Assembly (NCBI RefSeq): GCF_947568905.1 | Contig: NC_079166.1 | Span: 52,576,001-52,640,000 of the forward strand | DNA: 64,000 nt | From: Ostrea edulis | Lineage: Eukaryota | Reading direction: 5' to 3' | Part shown: one piece after another, positions 13,969 through 25,184 of the stretch | How positions within the stretch are numbered: the first letter of the stretch is position 1 | How the letters are laid out: each line of letters starts with the position of its first letter | Notes under the pieces: model-generated | The model's input: only the letters and a program-made list of their open reading frames with translations | What the model was told of the DNA's origin: nothing | Database searches by the model: none | Program-made: the position numbers and the translations under genes

Positions 13969-14011
13969 ATGAAGTTGGAAACACTGTTTTATATTGTATG
14001 GATTTTTACCG
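13969..14011 (+). CDS. Gene B exon 1, signal peptide MKLETLFYIVWIFT
   Basis: ATG, hydrophobic core, ACCG|gtacgt donor, phase 1. Confidence 0.7.
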
Positions 14012-14678
14012 GTACGTTTTACTTTTTCTCTGGTCAATTAGATATGAATAACTTATTTTATATAATTTCTCTGGTCAGTTAGATATGAATAACTTATTTT
14101 ATATAATTTCTCTGGTCAATTAGATATGAATAACTTATTTTATATAATTTCTCTGGTCAATTAGATATGAATAACTTATTTTATATAATTTATTTGCTTA
14201 CTTCTCGATTAAATGCCCTTGCAGAAACTTCCATCGAATCTTCGCAACCGATTCTTCCCGATCCGTTAAGTAATGACAGCGCTTGTTATGCCTCAGGAAT
14301 AACCAATTATTCCACTATCAATTCCCAGTGCGGTGCTCCTGACAGTGTAATAGCGGTGTTATCGGTACAGGCAGCCACCAAACCGACGTCACAGAACTGT
14401 TCTGAAGTCCTGTCCGCACCAGGTTATAGCTTCTTCAGCAGGTGTTGTATAGTGGATATAGACATTGACTGTAATGTGACTTACAACAACACAGCAAACC
14501 AAACTTATACTTATGCGATACAGAATGCCTGTACAGGATACAATAAATGTCCGGCTCCGGTTCGTGTCCAGAGAATGGAGGTATCGGCGGTTTGTGATAA
14601 TACTGTATTCCCGTCCTATAACAACTTCATGGCAGTCGATTATTTCTGCATTAAAAGTTAGTGTCCATTTTGTGTGTG

Positions 14679-14731
<53 letters not shown>

Positions 14732-15268
14732 GTACGTCAATATCATTCTCTCTAAGTTGCAAATTATAGATTTCACTGATGCAATAAATCGTATCACGTT
14801 TTTAATTATAGAGTGTAAGATCATGGATATGGGGTCAACCAGTAAAAGAAAGGAGGGAAATCATAGTGTATATTTGCAATCTAATGGATATCCTGGTGTC
14901 TTCCACCATTTCAATTTTGACGAATGGTGTGAAATTGATGGCACGAACGCAATGGAAACGGTGCATGTTGTTTCAATTGATGTTCAGTTATCTGGATCCG
15001 CAACGATTGCATTCAAGGATACTGAAACTTGTCGTGATGTTAAGAATATCACACTCCTGAACAACAACAAGTACCAGATAAAGAAGGTTTTCGATCTGAA
15101 GAATAAATTTTTCATTTCGTATAAGGCAAATACAATGGGGAGATTCTGGATCGGTTTTGTGTGTAAGTATTACTCAGAACACAACAGAAATAAGATGTTC
15201 ATGTAGGAATATAAAAATGAATTTGCCCCGAGAGACGAAAAGGACAAAAGGACATCCAAACCAAAATG

Positions 15269-15335
<67 letters not shown>

Positions 15336-18300
15336 CTGTCCTATATTCATTGCTATTTCCGCTCTTTATATATTATAAATATTTAGCATCTAGCATGTAG
15401 GAAGTCATATGTGGGCAATATGTGATAATTTTGCAATATTTTACAAATTCTAATCTGATTACATTTTTCTTGCATGTCAACATAGTTATGTTGCATGTTG
15501 ACATAATTATCCTGCATGTCGACATATTTATCTTGCATGTAGACATAGATTATATAAAAATAGCTTGCATACAAGGGGCAGAAATACGCCACGATAATGG
15601 TATGATGAAATCCATGTCAGTTTCAACAGAAATATAAGAGAAAAGACTCAGTGAATGTAAAATAATAATATATGCACACATGGATATGTTCAGCATGCGT
15701 TCTATATTTTCCGATGCAATCCAGAGGTCCGTGTTAGCCCTGCCCTCAATGTATCGGTTACTAGTACATAATCTTGGGTGATTGCTGTTCGTATTCATCA
15801 CCTTTTCCATAATGATACAATAAAGATGATGACGACGATGCTGATTAAATTGACTATTATTTATTATTTATGTATTTTTATCAATTATGATACTGCAATG
15901 AATGGAGGAAAATGATTGGACCGTAAAACAACAACCAAAAATAATCTACGTGATTGTAATTATAAAAACACAAACATTGTCATGAAAAAAATGAGAATGA
16001 AAAGCAAGAAGATAGCCCTAACACTTGTTTGACTTCAGCTTCTTGTTTTACTTTGCTAAAACTCCTTATTTCATATAGACACTTCTTCACGTCAAAGTAA
16101 AACAAATAATTCTCAAGAACATTGAAATATTGAGGTTCCTCTATTTCAGCTCCCCAAAAGCTGACCATTACGTGTGGTTTAACCATCGGTGAGAATTGCA
16201 CAGTGGGACATCTTCCAGACGATAGTTCCATGTCAACGGAGTCCAGTGGTATTTTCATAGTTAAATGTATTAACTAGATTTATAATTTCCCCTGTCATAG
16301 TTATATTCAAAGTTATTTATTATTAATATGCTGACGTAGAATGTAGTGATATTGTTTTAAGTAGGAATACACAACATGTTAGGTCTGAGTGTTGTGACAT
16401 TTGGCGGATGCAAGCAGAATAAAACTCTTTTCAGACCTGACAGCTGTGACATCTCCCTTTCGAAAAAATCAAAATCAATCTTTGTATACTAGTATTCAAT
16501 CTAAAAGTAATTGTATCATACATTGCATTGATGTAAATTCATTTAAAATTTGTTTCTCTTGTAGCTCTAAGCTCAGATATATTAGGAACAAACTCATCGC
16601 CCTCACGTATGTAATTTGCCTTACTATTGATAGTGTTTAGAAAATGGATTTATTGTCATACTGTAGGTTTTCTGTGGCATGTAGATTTTTGTTTCTCCGT
16701 CTGTCTGTCTGCAGAAACTAAGCTTGGCCATAACTTTTGAATGGATAGTGAGAGGGCTTTCATATTTTCCATGTGTATTCCCTGCAACAAGTCCTTTTGT
16801 TTTGGTACCAGACGTTTTGACTTTTCTGTTATACCGGGGCAAACACATATTTTTATTTTTAAGAGGGAGAATTACACTTATACAAAAGATGTCATATGAC
16901 AGACAGAGAAGCGTTAGCTGTATCTCATTTCCAATGTCTCTTTTGATAGTGTACTTTTAAGTCTAATTTCCAATGTCTCTTTTGATAGTGTACTTTTAAG
17001 TATAATTTCCAATGTCTCTTTTGATAGTGTACTTTTAAGTCTCATTTCCAATGTCTCTTTTGATAGTGTACTTTTAAGTCTAATTTCCAATGTCTCTTTT
17101 GATAGTGTACTTTTAAGTCTAATTTCCAATGTCTCTTTTGATAGTGTACTTTTAAGTCTAATTTCCAATGTCTCTTTTGATAGTGTACTTTTAAGTCTAA
17201 TTTCCAATGTCTCTTTTGATAGTGTACTTTTAAGTCTAATTTACTGATTATTGAACCATTTCTCAGAACCTTTACTTCAGCCCAGCAAGGTAATTATTTA
17301 GCAACAAATGTCAAACTTCTGCTGTTGAACGTGCGTCTCTGCATTGGTCTATAAAACTCATTTATTTTTCAAGCAACTGTTTGGACATGATCGGTGGCCT
17401 TGATTTGATCTATAAAATCTCATTTATTCCCCACGCAATTGGTCGGACATGATTTTGGCTCTACTTAACATTCTTATCTATATGTTTAAATTCTGACGTG
17501 TAACTTCCTTGTTCTCGTTATCTATAAGGCACGCGTTTTATTATATGTACCTGTAAATTGCCAAAGGATCAATTCATGATTACAAAAGAAAAAACCTATA
17601 ATGGCTATATAGGGAAGAACAATTTTCCGGAAATAGTCCCATTAAAATATTTTATTAAGTTTCTTTAGTTATGTCCTGTTGTGCATATATTTGATTTTTT
17701 CACTTTTCATTTTAAACCTATAATCCACAATGTTGAAATTAACCTTCAAAGTTGGCCTTAACAGCATTTTCCCTATTTAAGCAAACATTTTGACATGAAT
17801 TTTGACTTTGAAGTCCTTCCAAGGCAGGCCTGTCCCTGAGATGTTTTAGGATATCTTGATAGGTTACATTGTTAAGAACAATTTACAATGGTATTGCAAA
17901 GGCACCCTGCATTGGGGTCGAAATGTTGTTCGACTCAAGTACATGTACATTTGCCAATTAAAAGCATGCTAAATTTACGAGTAGATGACTTCAGCTTCTC
18001 CATCGTCAACTTCCCATATTTATGTAGCAATATTACAGTGCATATTATCACCTGCATATGGTGTTTAAGTATCTCAACTGATCAGTTTGTTTTAAATCGA
18101 GGCAAGCTACTGGCAAACAAGTTGATGTTACAGGGGTTCAACAATTATTAATAGTAGGCAGATAGCATACCAATTGTATGTGCTGAATACACTAACACGG
18201 AAGCTATAAGGACTCTGGTCCGCCATGCCTACCTTGGTTTGTACGGTTTCTTCATGATCTCGGTCTTCATGCTTACAATCTCGAAACCAATTCCTAGCGC

Positions 18301-21300
18301 TGAGAGTGTAAAGCGAAGTCAGAACCTCTGTCATACCTATATACTACGCGTGTTATTTTGGTATAATATACTGACCCGTATCTATTCTACGATTATACAT
18401 ACAATCTGTACAACTGCCCTTGTACAGTATTCAAATTGTTACCCGGAATCAACCCGGTTGTCAAGCATATCTCAAACCATCATACATTATACGTGTTACG
18501 TTTGTTATTGACTTGTATGATGAATTTTAAAATTATATAAAAGTCTACTTAAAATCAAAACATCGAATAGTCTTATGTTGTGTGTTGTGCGACGTGATCT
18601 TTTAGTGTTATTTTCACTCTACTTCAGCCCCCTGGTGGATTGCCGTAATCGTAGCACTCCTTGTTGGTGTCGTGATTGCAGTTGTTGTGTATAAAAGACA
18701 GAAAAGAAAGCAGAAAGTAAGATTATTATTTGATTTTTACCTGGAAGTTCAACAATACCAATGTTTCAACATGTGTTATGTGTATTATAGTTAGAGCTGT
18801 AGGTATCTAGGAATACAGAGAGCTACAGATTCACCCCTTAGAAAACCGACGAATGACGGCGCACGATTCAAGTTTTACATTTTCAATGTTTTTGCCTTTA
18901 ATTCAAAATCTTCAAAATCACGCATCGGTTTTAAACACATTTAAACACACCTGAATTCCAAAACTTTACGAAATCCTTTACAAACAGAGATAGATTGCTA
19001 GATCCAGTAAATGTTCAAACAAGCCCCCATCTTTTTATGTTATATTAACTGCTTTGAAGGAGAAACTTCACATGTATTGTACCACAACATACATGTATGC
19101 GAGAAATAGTGTAATCAAAATGTGGATTTTCAAAATTTCCGAAGAACGTTTAGTGAATTTGAAATCACAAAACCTTTCCCAAATCAACAGCATCAAAGCG
19201 TGTGATCCTCACGATTGATTAAGACAATAAAAATGGAACACCAAAATATTCGTATTGTGTGATCAGTGATTCAATTTTGTTTTGTTTTTTTGTTTTTGTT
19301 TTTTTGTTTTGTTTTTTGTTTTGTAAATAAACACTACTCAGATTCTACGCACGAGTATTCTAAACTTGATATCAAAAAGGTACTGGAGTTCCACATTGAC
19401 AATATTCACGTGGTCTTTTTTAATCAGCAGGAATGTTCACGAAACTTTCCTAAGATAGGTCCTAAGATATAACTTAGGAAAAAGGTTAGGAACATCCTAA
19501 AACGTGTCTTAGGATGTTTGTACATCACGTTTTAGGATGTTTCTCGACGATATCTTCGGAACATCTTAAGTTAGGACGTCCTAACATACTAAGGAACATT
19601 CTTATTCCTTTTTATGTATTTATACACATGATATTCGTGGCATATTTCCGAGTAGACAATTAAAATCTAGACACATACAACTAGAGGTAAGACAGACAAT
19701 ATTTATTTATATGAATATTCTTAATTCAGATAACGTGAATTCAATCTAACTATGTTATAAACCAGGAATTTTAAAGATTATAAAGTAGAAAAACAAACGG
19801 ATATTGTGATACTCGAACCTGTGCATGTATGTTTAATATACTACATGTAGTATATCATCATTTCTTTTTACGATGAAAACAATGCAAAACCACTGAACCA
19901 TGCAATACTCGTGTACGATTTATTAAAAATCGAACCGATATGTACTCATGTCAAGGTCTTTGATAGCTACGAAAGCCCAGAAGGCTGATTCGAGATTCGA
20001 AATTTCAAAATACGAGATTCGAATTTCGAAATCCAAATTAACCATACAAATTTTAGGTCACAATAGATTAAAGGTTAGAGGGTATATACATGTAAACTCA
20101 AAATATGACAGAAAGCTTATTCTTCTAATATGTTTACGAAACAACGAAACATTTCTTCTAAAACTATAAATGTTTTGATGTATGCTTAGCATGCAGAAAG
20201 CGGGAAGGGAAGCGGACAGAAAACGTGTGACGAATAAACGTCATGATATACCTTAAAGTGAAATCGTATATGAAGCCTATTAACCGATGATACCCCTCCA
20301 ACAATTGATTCTAGTTTGATTTTTTTTTTCAGTTATCTATATATAAACAATGGAGGAAATTCGAACCATGAATATATTTTCATCTCGGATCTATGTTGTA
20401 TCTTTTTACATTTTTTAGGCTTCAGGAAGCTTAACTACGTGGGTGATAACGGCAGAATACTAATCTTTCCACGTTTTAAAAATTATCTTCTGCACTGATT
20501 CATATTACATTATATATCAGCCTATGTACCACAGGAACTGGTGATTTCGTCTGTAATATAAAAATAGTAGGGGTCTATACTATATCACCTCCTAATATTT
20601 ATTAGGGGGTGATATAGTATAGAACCCTACTATTACTATTAAGGACAAAATTACCTGTTCCTGAGATTATACATACCTGACATAAAACATACATGTACAT
20701 GTACAAATATTAATCAATGGGACAAGCTATTTTTTTTAAAACGTGGATAAATTAGTGTTCTGTGGTAATGACTAATGACACACGTAGTTAAGCTTCCTGA
20801 AACATAAAAAAAAAATATGAAAAGAAACAACATAGATGGGAGAGAAATAATTATTCATGGTTCGAATTTCCTCTATTATTTACACCCAGGCGCATATAAA
20901 AATGAACCGGTGAGAAGGATGTTTGTACAGGCATCTGTAGTATGGACACTACTACCAACGCCCCCCCCCCCTCCCTTCTGATTTTTTTCTGCGGTGATAA
21001 ATTCTCCGAAATGTGTGGATTCCTTGTCGACCCCATCCCTATTTCGATTTATATATAATCGTTTCACGCTTTTTGTAAGCTTTAGAGATTGGCCTTCTAA
21101 CGGTATAATAGCATACAATTTGTTATACCAATAGAAGGCCAATCTCTAAAGCTTACAAAAAGCGTGAAACGAATATATAAATCGAAATTGGGATCTTATA
21201 GACAAGGAATCCACACATTTCAGAGAAATTATCGCCAAAAAAAAAGAGGGGGGATGGATGTTGGTAGTAGTGTCGATACTTCAGGTGCCTGTGGATATTT

Positions 21301-22202
21301 GGTAAAACACTAAAATATTTAATGGGTGGTTTGTTCCCAGTTAGTTTTTCCCTTCCCTCCCCGTAATTATAATTTTTCCTTCATACATGTAGTTCACAGG
21401 TGCTTGGGCCCCCTCCCCTCCCCCACCCCACCCTCCGTCTAATAAGCTACATGAGTTGAGTTATAAGTATGTTTGTTGAACATCTCTTTAATGAATATCA
21501 ACAATGTCTTGCATACCCCATAAGTCCAAAATAAGCCCTTTTATAAATACCCTCACTGGGTATTAAGGGTATTCAATAAAAATGCTTATTTTGAGTTATT
21601 TTGGCCTTTTGGGGTAGGCAAGACATTGGGACATGCATCAGAGAAATTTGAACAAAAATAATTAAATCAACTTAAGTAGGCTGTTCGGGTGATGGTGGGG
21701 GGGGGGGGGTGGGGGGGGGGGCTGAACCCATGCGCCTGTGTCATTGTTAACTCAAGCATGTACAGTTATCTTCCTGTAAAATAAATAATAAGAATATGAT
21801 CATTCAAGCAGAAAAAAATGGTATGCGGGTAAACCTAAAGATTAATCTAAAATCAGAATACATTGCTACGGGGTGTCATCGGTTAATTTTATTCATATAA
21901 CCTTCGATTCCATTTCAGTTAAAGTGTACTATTTGAGGTGTATTCGACCTGGTTCCACCCCCACCCCACCCCCGCGCTTTCTATGACCTGACTTTCTACA
22001 GGCCTGTTTGCATATAATGACATGCTATATAATGCCAAAATATTGCCCATGATATGAATCAGTGGGATAAAATAATTTTTAAAACATCGATTTTTCTGTC
22101 GTAATGACACATGTAGTTAAGCTTCCTGGACCCTAAAAAAATGTAAAAAGAACATAGATCGGAGAGAAATATTTATTCATGGTTCGAATTTCCTCTATTG
22201 TT

Positions 22203-22269
<67 letters not shown>

Positions 22270-24579
22270 CGTGCAAGGGAGGTCACTGCCTGTGAACCCC
22301 CGCGGGCTCGTACCCGTGATAGAAACGGATAGCCCTGAGATGCTGCAAATATGTACAATGCGCAGATTTAATCAGTTGTACTGCGCCTATATAGGATCTA
22401 TTGACTGGTAGATAGGGATGACCGCACACCTATCACTATATAAATACCGGTTCTAATCATAGACACTGGCAGGGATTTCCGCACACCAGAGATCTTACAC
22501 AGGAATAAGCAGGGGTGTCCGCACACTTGTAGCTAAGAGATGCCAAATCCAGAGCAGGGTTTGACCACACACTCTGGCAGTATTTAGCAGGGATAACCAC
22601 ACACTTACTACGAAGACGTACAATATAAGTCGGGAAGACCGCACACTTATACGTATCTTACAGGGTTTGTTGAGTTTTACCTCCGGAACCGTTTGTTTTA
22701 TTGATATTCACAGTAGAGAAGAATCCTATATATCCGCAGTATCATAATGATCCGTAGTGTATAATTACTTATAAATTAAAACAAAATACTAATTATACCC
22801 AAACTGGCTAATCTTTATAGAATCTACTATAGAAACACACAATGATTATAATTGTATGTACTTTAATTAAAAACTAACCATCATGAAATATTTATTTGAG
22901 TATGTCCAATAAGCAATTAAAATGACAAGGGTGATAACTCTTGCAATAAAGATAACATAAGAAATACAGCTTTCCGCTAATAATAATAGATAATAGATAA
23001 GTTGATTGGTGTTTTCCGCCACACTCAACAATTTTTCAGTTATCTAGTGGCGCCCCGTTTTTATTGGTGGAAGAGAGAACCCAGATACAATGTACCTGGG
23101 AAGAGACCACCGACCTTCCGAAAGTAAACTGGGAAACTTTCTCACTTCCCGCCGCGAGCGGGATTCGAACCCGCGCCGACAGAGGTGAGAGGCTGTGTGA
23201 TTTTGGGCGCGATGCTCTAACCACTCGACCACGGAGGCCCCTAAAATCTAAGTATTTGACCCAAACACCCACAGCTACGGGCCTGTCTGCATGCTAAGCA
23301 TACATCATAACATTTATAGTTTTAAGAGAAATGTTTCGTTGTTTGGTAAACATTAGAATAATAAGTTTTCTGTCATATTTTAAGTTTATATGCATGTACT
23401 CTCTACCCTTTAATATATTGTGACCTACATTTTGATTGGTTAATTTGAATTTTGAATTTCGAAATTCGAATCTCGTATTTTGAATTTCGAATCTCGTATT
23501 TAAACACAAAATGCACCCCCTACACAACCATCCATCCATGTATAATAGTTTAAAGCTGTATGGTCCGAATTACAACATTTTTTTCCCATCTCGTAAAAAC
23601 GCTATTAAATCATCGCACGTATGTAGTTATGAGGCTGTATGACATGTAATACATTATTTCACCTGTTTTAACCAAAATTATTTAATTCTAAATCGGTGTT
23701 TACAAACAACCGCGTCACTCTGCCATTTCAAGTGACAGTCACGTGACCAGTTCAAACTTTCAGATCATAAGTGGTCTTATCTGTGTAAAGCTGTGTATTT
23801 TGTTACAACAGTACCGTGCCATAAGTTTACTAGAAATAAAAATATCAAATACCTATTAGTAATTCGTTGTTTTACGCTCTTTCAGCCTTAAAACTAGACA
23901 GTTGCGTCTGAGTTCATGCATCATGTTGGGATTCCCCTGACGCGCGTGGGGCTATTTATAGACGTCCAACACTGTATAATTTATGCGTTATCCGGAACAC
24001 CTTGGGTCTTTCACCGAATACACTGTGCTTTCGGTGAAAGGCACGAGGTTTTCCGGATGATTTATATATATGTACCACACTATATTTACTTTCTAAATAA
24101 TATTCTCACTGTTTTCTTTTACATGTTTTCAAGCATGTAATTAAGGGAAAGTTGATAACTTTGTAAAGTAATTAATCTGCTTTAAAGTAATTATGTACAA
24201 ATATAATACATGAACATCGGGTCATACAGCTTTAAGTTAAGACACAATTAATTAACTGCTACAAGCCATCAATGTTATGTAATATATACAGATATTTCAT
24301 GTATTGATTAAGGTGAGCGACGAGAACGGGAATACAGATACCGACCCTGGGGACATCTTCGTCATCACCCCGTCTGAGAGAAATTTGATCCCTCCAAGCA
24401 AGACTAATATTGATATCTTTATTCCTGAAAAACGAAACAATGCACTTCCGAAATTAGACGATTCCGCAGGGAACGAAAATTTATATACGGAGAGGAAGAA
24501 AAAGAAAAAGAAAAGAAAAAAGAAAACAAAGCACAGAAATGTAGATGATGAAAATCACTCAAAGCAAGAAGACTGTTGA
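13969..24579 (+). CDS. Gene B: intact-looking type I membrane protein (~433 aa): signal, SUEL-like, CUB-like, linker, TM, Lys-rich tail. Exons 13969-14011, 14225-14656, 14812-15162, 16150-16248, 18628-18716, 24292-24579
   Basis: Six GT-AG exons join in one open frame (phases 1,1,1,1,0); last acceptor could instead be 24313 (same frame). Confidence 0.85.
14025..14190. repeat. 41-bp tandem repeat x4 inside intron 1 of gene B
   Basis: tttctctggtca(a/g)ttagatatgaataacttattttatataa; gatatg at 14041, 14082. Confidence 0.92.
14225..14656 (+). CDS. Gene B exon 2, 10-Cys SUEL/Gal-lectin-like domain
   Basis: cccttgcag| acceptor, AAAA|gttagt donor, 432 nt open; ends VDYFCIK. Confidence 0.88.
14681..14729. 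repeat. (TA)n microsatellite (another at 15269-15331)
   Basis: Direct reading. Confidence 0.95.
14812..15162 (+). CDS. Gene B exon 3, CUB-like domain
   Basis: ttatag| acceptor, GTGT|gtaagt donor, 351 nt; motifs QSxxYP, WCxI, IDVQL, GRFWIGF. Confidence 0.88.
16150..16248 (+). CDS. Gene B exon 4, two-Cys linker and stalk (SPQKLTITCGLTIGENCTVGHLPDDSSMSTESS)
   Basis: ctatttcag| acceptor, AGTG|gtattt donor, phase 1-1, homologous to the exon 4 of A, C, D. Confidence 0.75.
16680..16830 (+). mobile_element. HINE/Helentron-like fragment
   Basis: ccgtctgtctgtc tract followed by cttggccataacttttga..gctttcatatttt, shared with 30495-30910. Confidence 0.55.
16925..17243. repeat. 39-bp minisatellite, ~8 copies
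   Basis: ctaatttccaatgtctcttttgatagtgtacttttaagt; gives the 13-aa periodic shadow ORF 16914-17207. Confidence 0.95.
17965..18180 (+). mobile_element. Internally deleted Naiad-type PLE RT fragment
   Basis: Encodes DDFSFSIVNFPYLCSNI..LNRGKLLANKLMLQGF, matching the RT thumb at 44261-44926. Confidence 0.8.
18628..18716 (+). CDS. Gene B exon 5, transmembrane helix (PWWIAVIVALLVGVVIAVVVYKRQKRKQK)
   Basis: ctacttcag| acceptor, GAAA|gtaaga donor, phase 1-0; homologous to gene C TM exon. Confidence 0.85.
20339..20883. mobile_element. Nearly fully palindromic MITE-like foldback; a third copy of its ~100-bp arm lies at 22108-22205
   Basis: Arms aacaatggaggaaattcgaaccatgaat..aggaagcttaactacgtg inverted; central 34-bp stem 20563-20596/20601-20634. 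Confidence 0.7.
22265..22662. mobile_element. Candidate solo LTR (TGTAA..TTACA) inserted next to a (TA)n(TG)n microsatellite
   Basis: TGTAAC start, CTTACA end, TATA-like tatataaata at ~22437; no convincing target-site duplication. Confidence 0.4.
22982..23241 (-). mobile_element. tRNA-derived SINE, RUDI/V-SINE-like
   Basis: Minus strand: A box GTGGTCGAGTGG, B box GGTTCGAATCC, core ggtcggtggtctcttcccaggtac, tail ataactgaaaaattgttgagtgtggcg..atcaacttatc. Confidence 0.8.
23554..24231. mobile_element. Non-autonomous Kolobok-like DNA transposon
   Basis: TTAA at 23550-23553 and 24232-24235; TIRs AGCTGTATGGTCCGA / AGCTGTATGACCCGA; purine-purine termini. Confidence 0.75.
24292..24579 (+). CDS. Gene B last exon, cytoplasmic tail with DPGDIFVITPSERNLIPP motif and KKKKKKRKKK tract
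   Basis: Phase 0, open to TGA 24579; homologous to gene C last exon. Confidence 0.8.
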   Translation: MFHVLIKVSDENGNTDTDPGDIFVITPSERNLIPPSKTNIDIFIPEKRNNALPKLDDSAGNENLYTERKKKKKKRKKKTKHRNVDDENHSKQEDC

Positions 24580-25184
24580 ATTAAATCTAGATATGTTCAT
24601 ATATATCTCGAGTGATGGAGTTCAAATTCTATAACAGATATATTGAATTCATTCTGAGAGACTATCATTTTTATTTGTGAAGTCTTCATCACAGCGTATT
24701 GATATCACAAATCTAAAGGTAAACTATCAACAACAGCTGAGACATCATTAATCTGCAAAATTTGAAGGAAAAAATTAAATGGTAGAATCTGATTTGTATT
24801 TCTAGATTTGATGAACACAAATGTATTTTTATTAACAACTTACTACATAGGAATCTGTGAACAAAACTAAACCCTTTCTCAAATTGAATGCTTTTTATCA
24901 GCACGCACACGACGATAACAGAGAATTTGATAAATGTATTATTAATTAAGTTATCGAGTACATTCTATTGGTGATAAGCCTAAGTGAAACCTATTGAAAT
25001 GAAGTTCAGTGCAACATGGAAAGTTGGTTTTATTTAGCGTCTATTACAGTTGGTAAGTATTTAACGTAAATATTTCATCATTGATCTAAAATAATTCTAA
25101 AGGAATGTGATCAGTGATATAAACCATATGAAATATAGTGTATTCGATATATCATGAATATAAAGACAATTACAGATATATCAG

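Noticed and set aside
17267-17289. 23-nt exon in gene B
   Set aside because: Would shift the frame before the phase-1 TM exon
19420-19605. cctaag/ttagga-rich MITE-like stretch
   Set aside because: Inverted ends are too degenerate to define boundaries
23150-23241. tRNA gene (also 46484-46556 and 62070-62147)
   Set aside because: A/B boxes run into SINE body and tail sequences; no clean acceptor stem, so these are SINE heads
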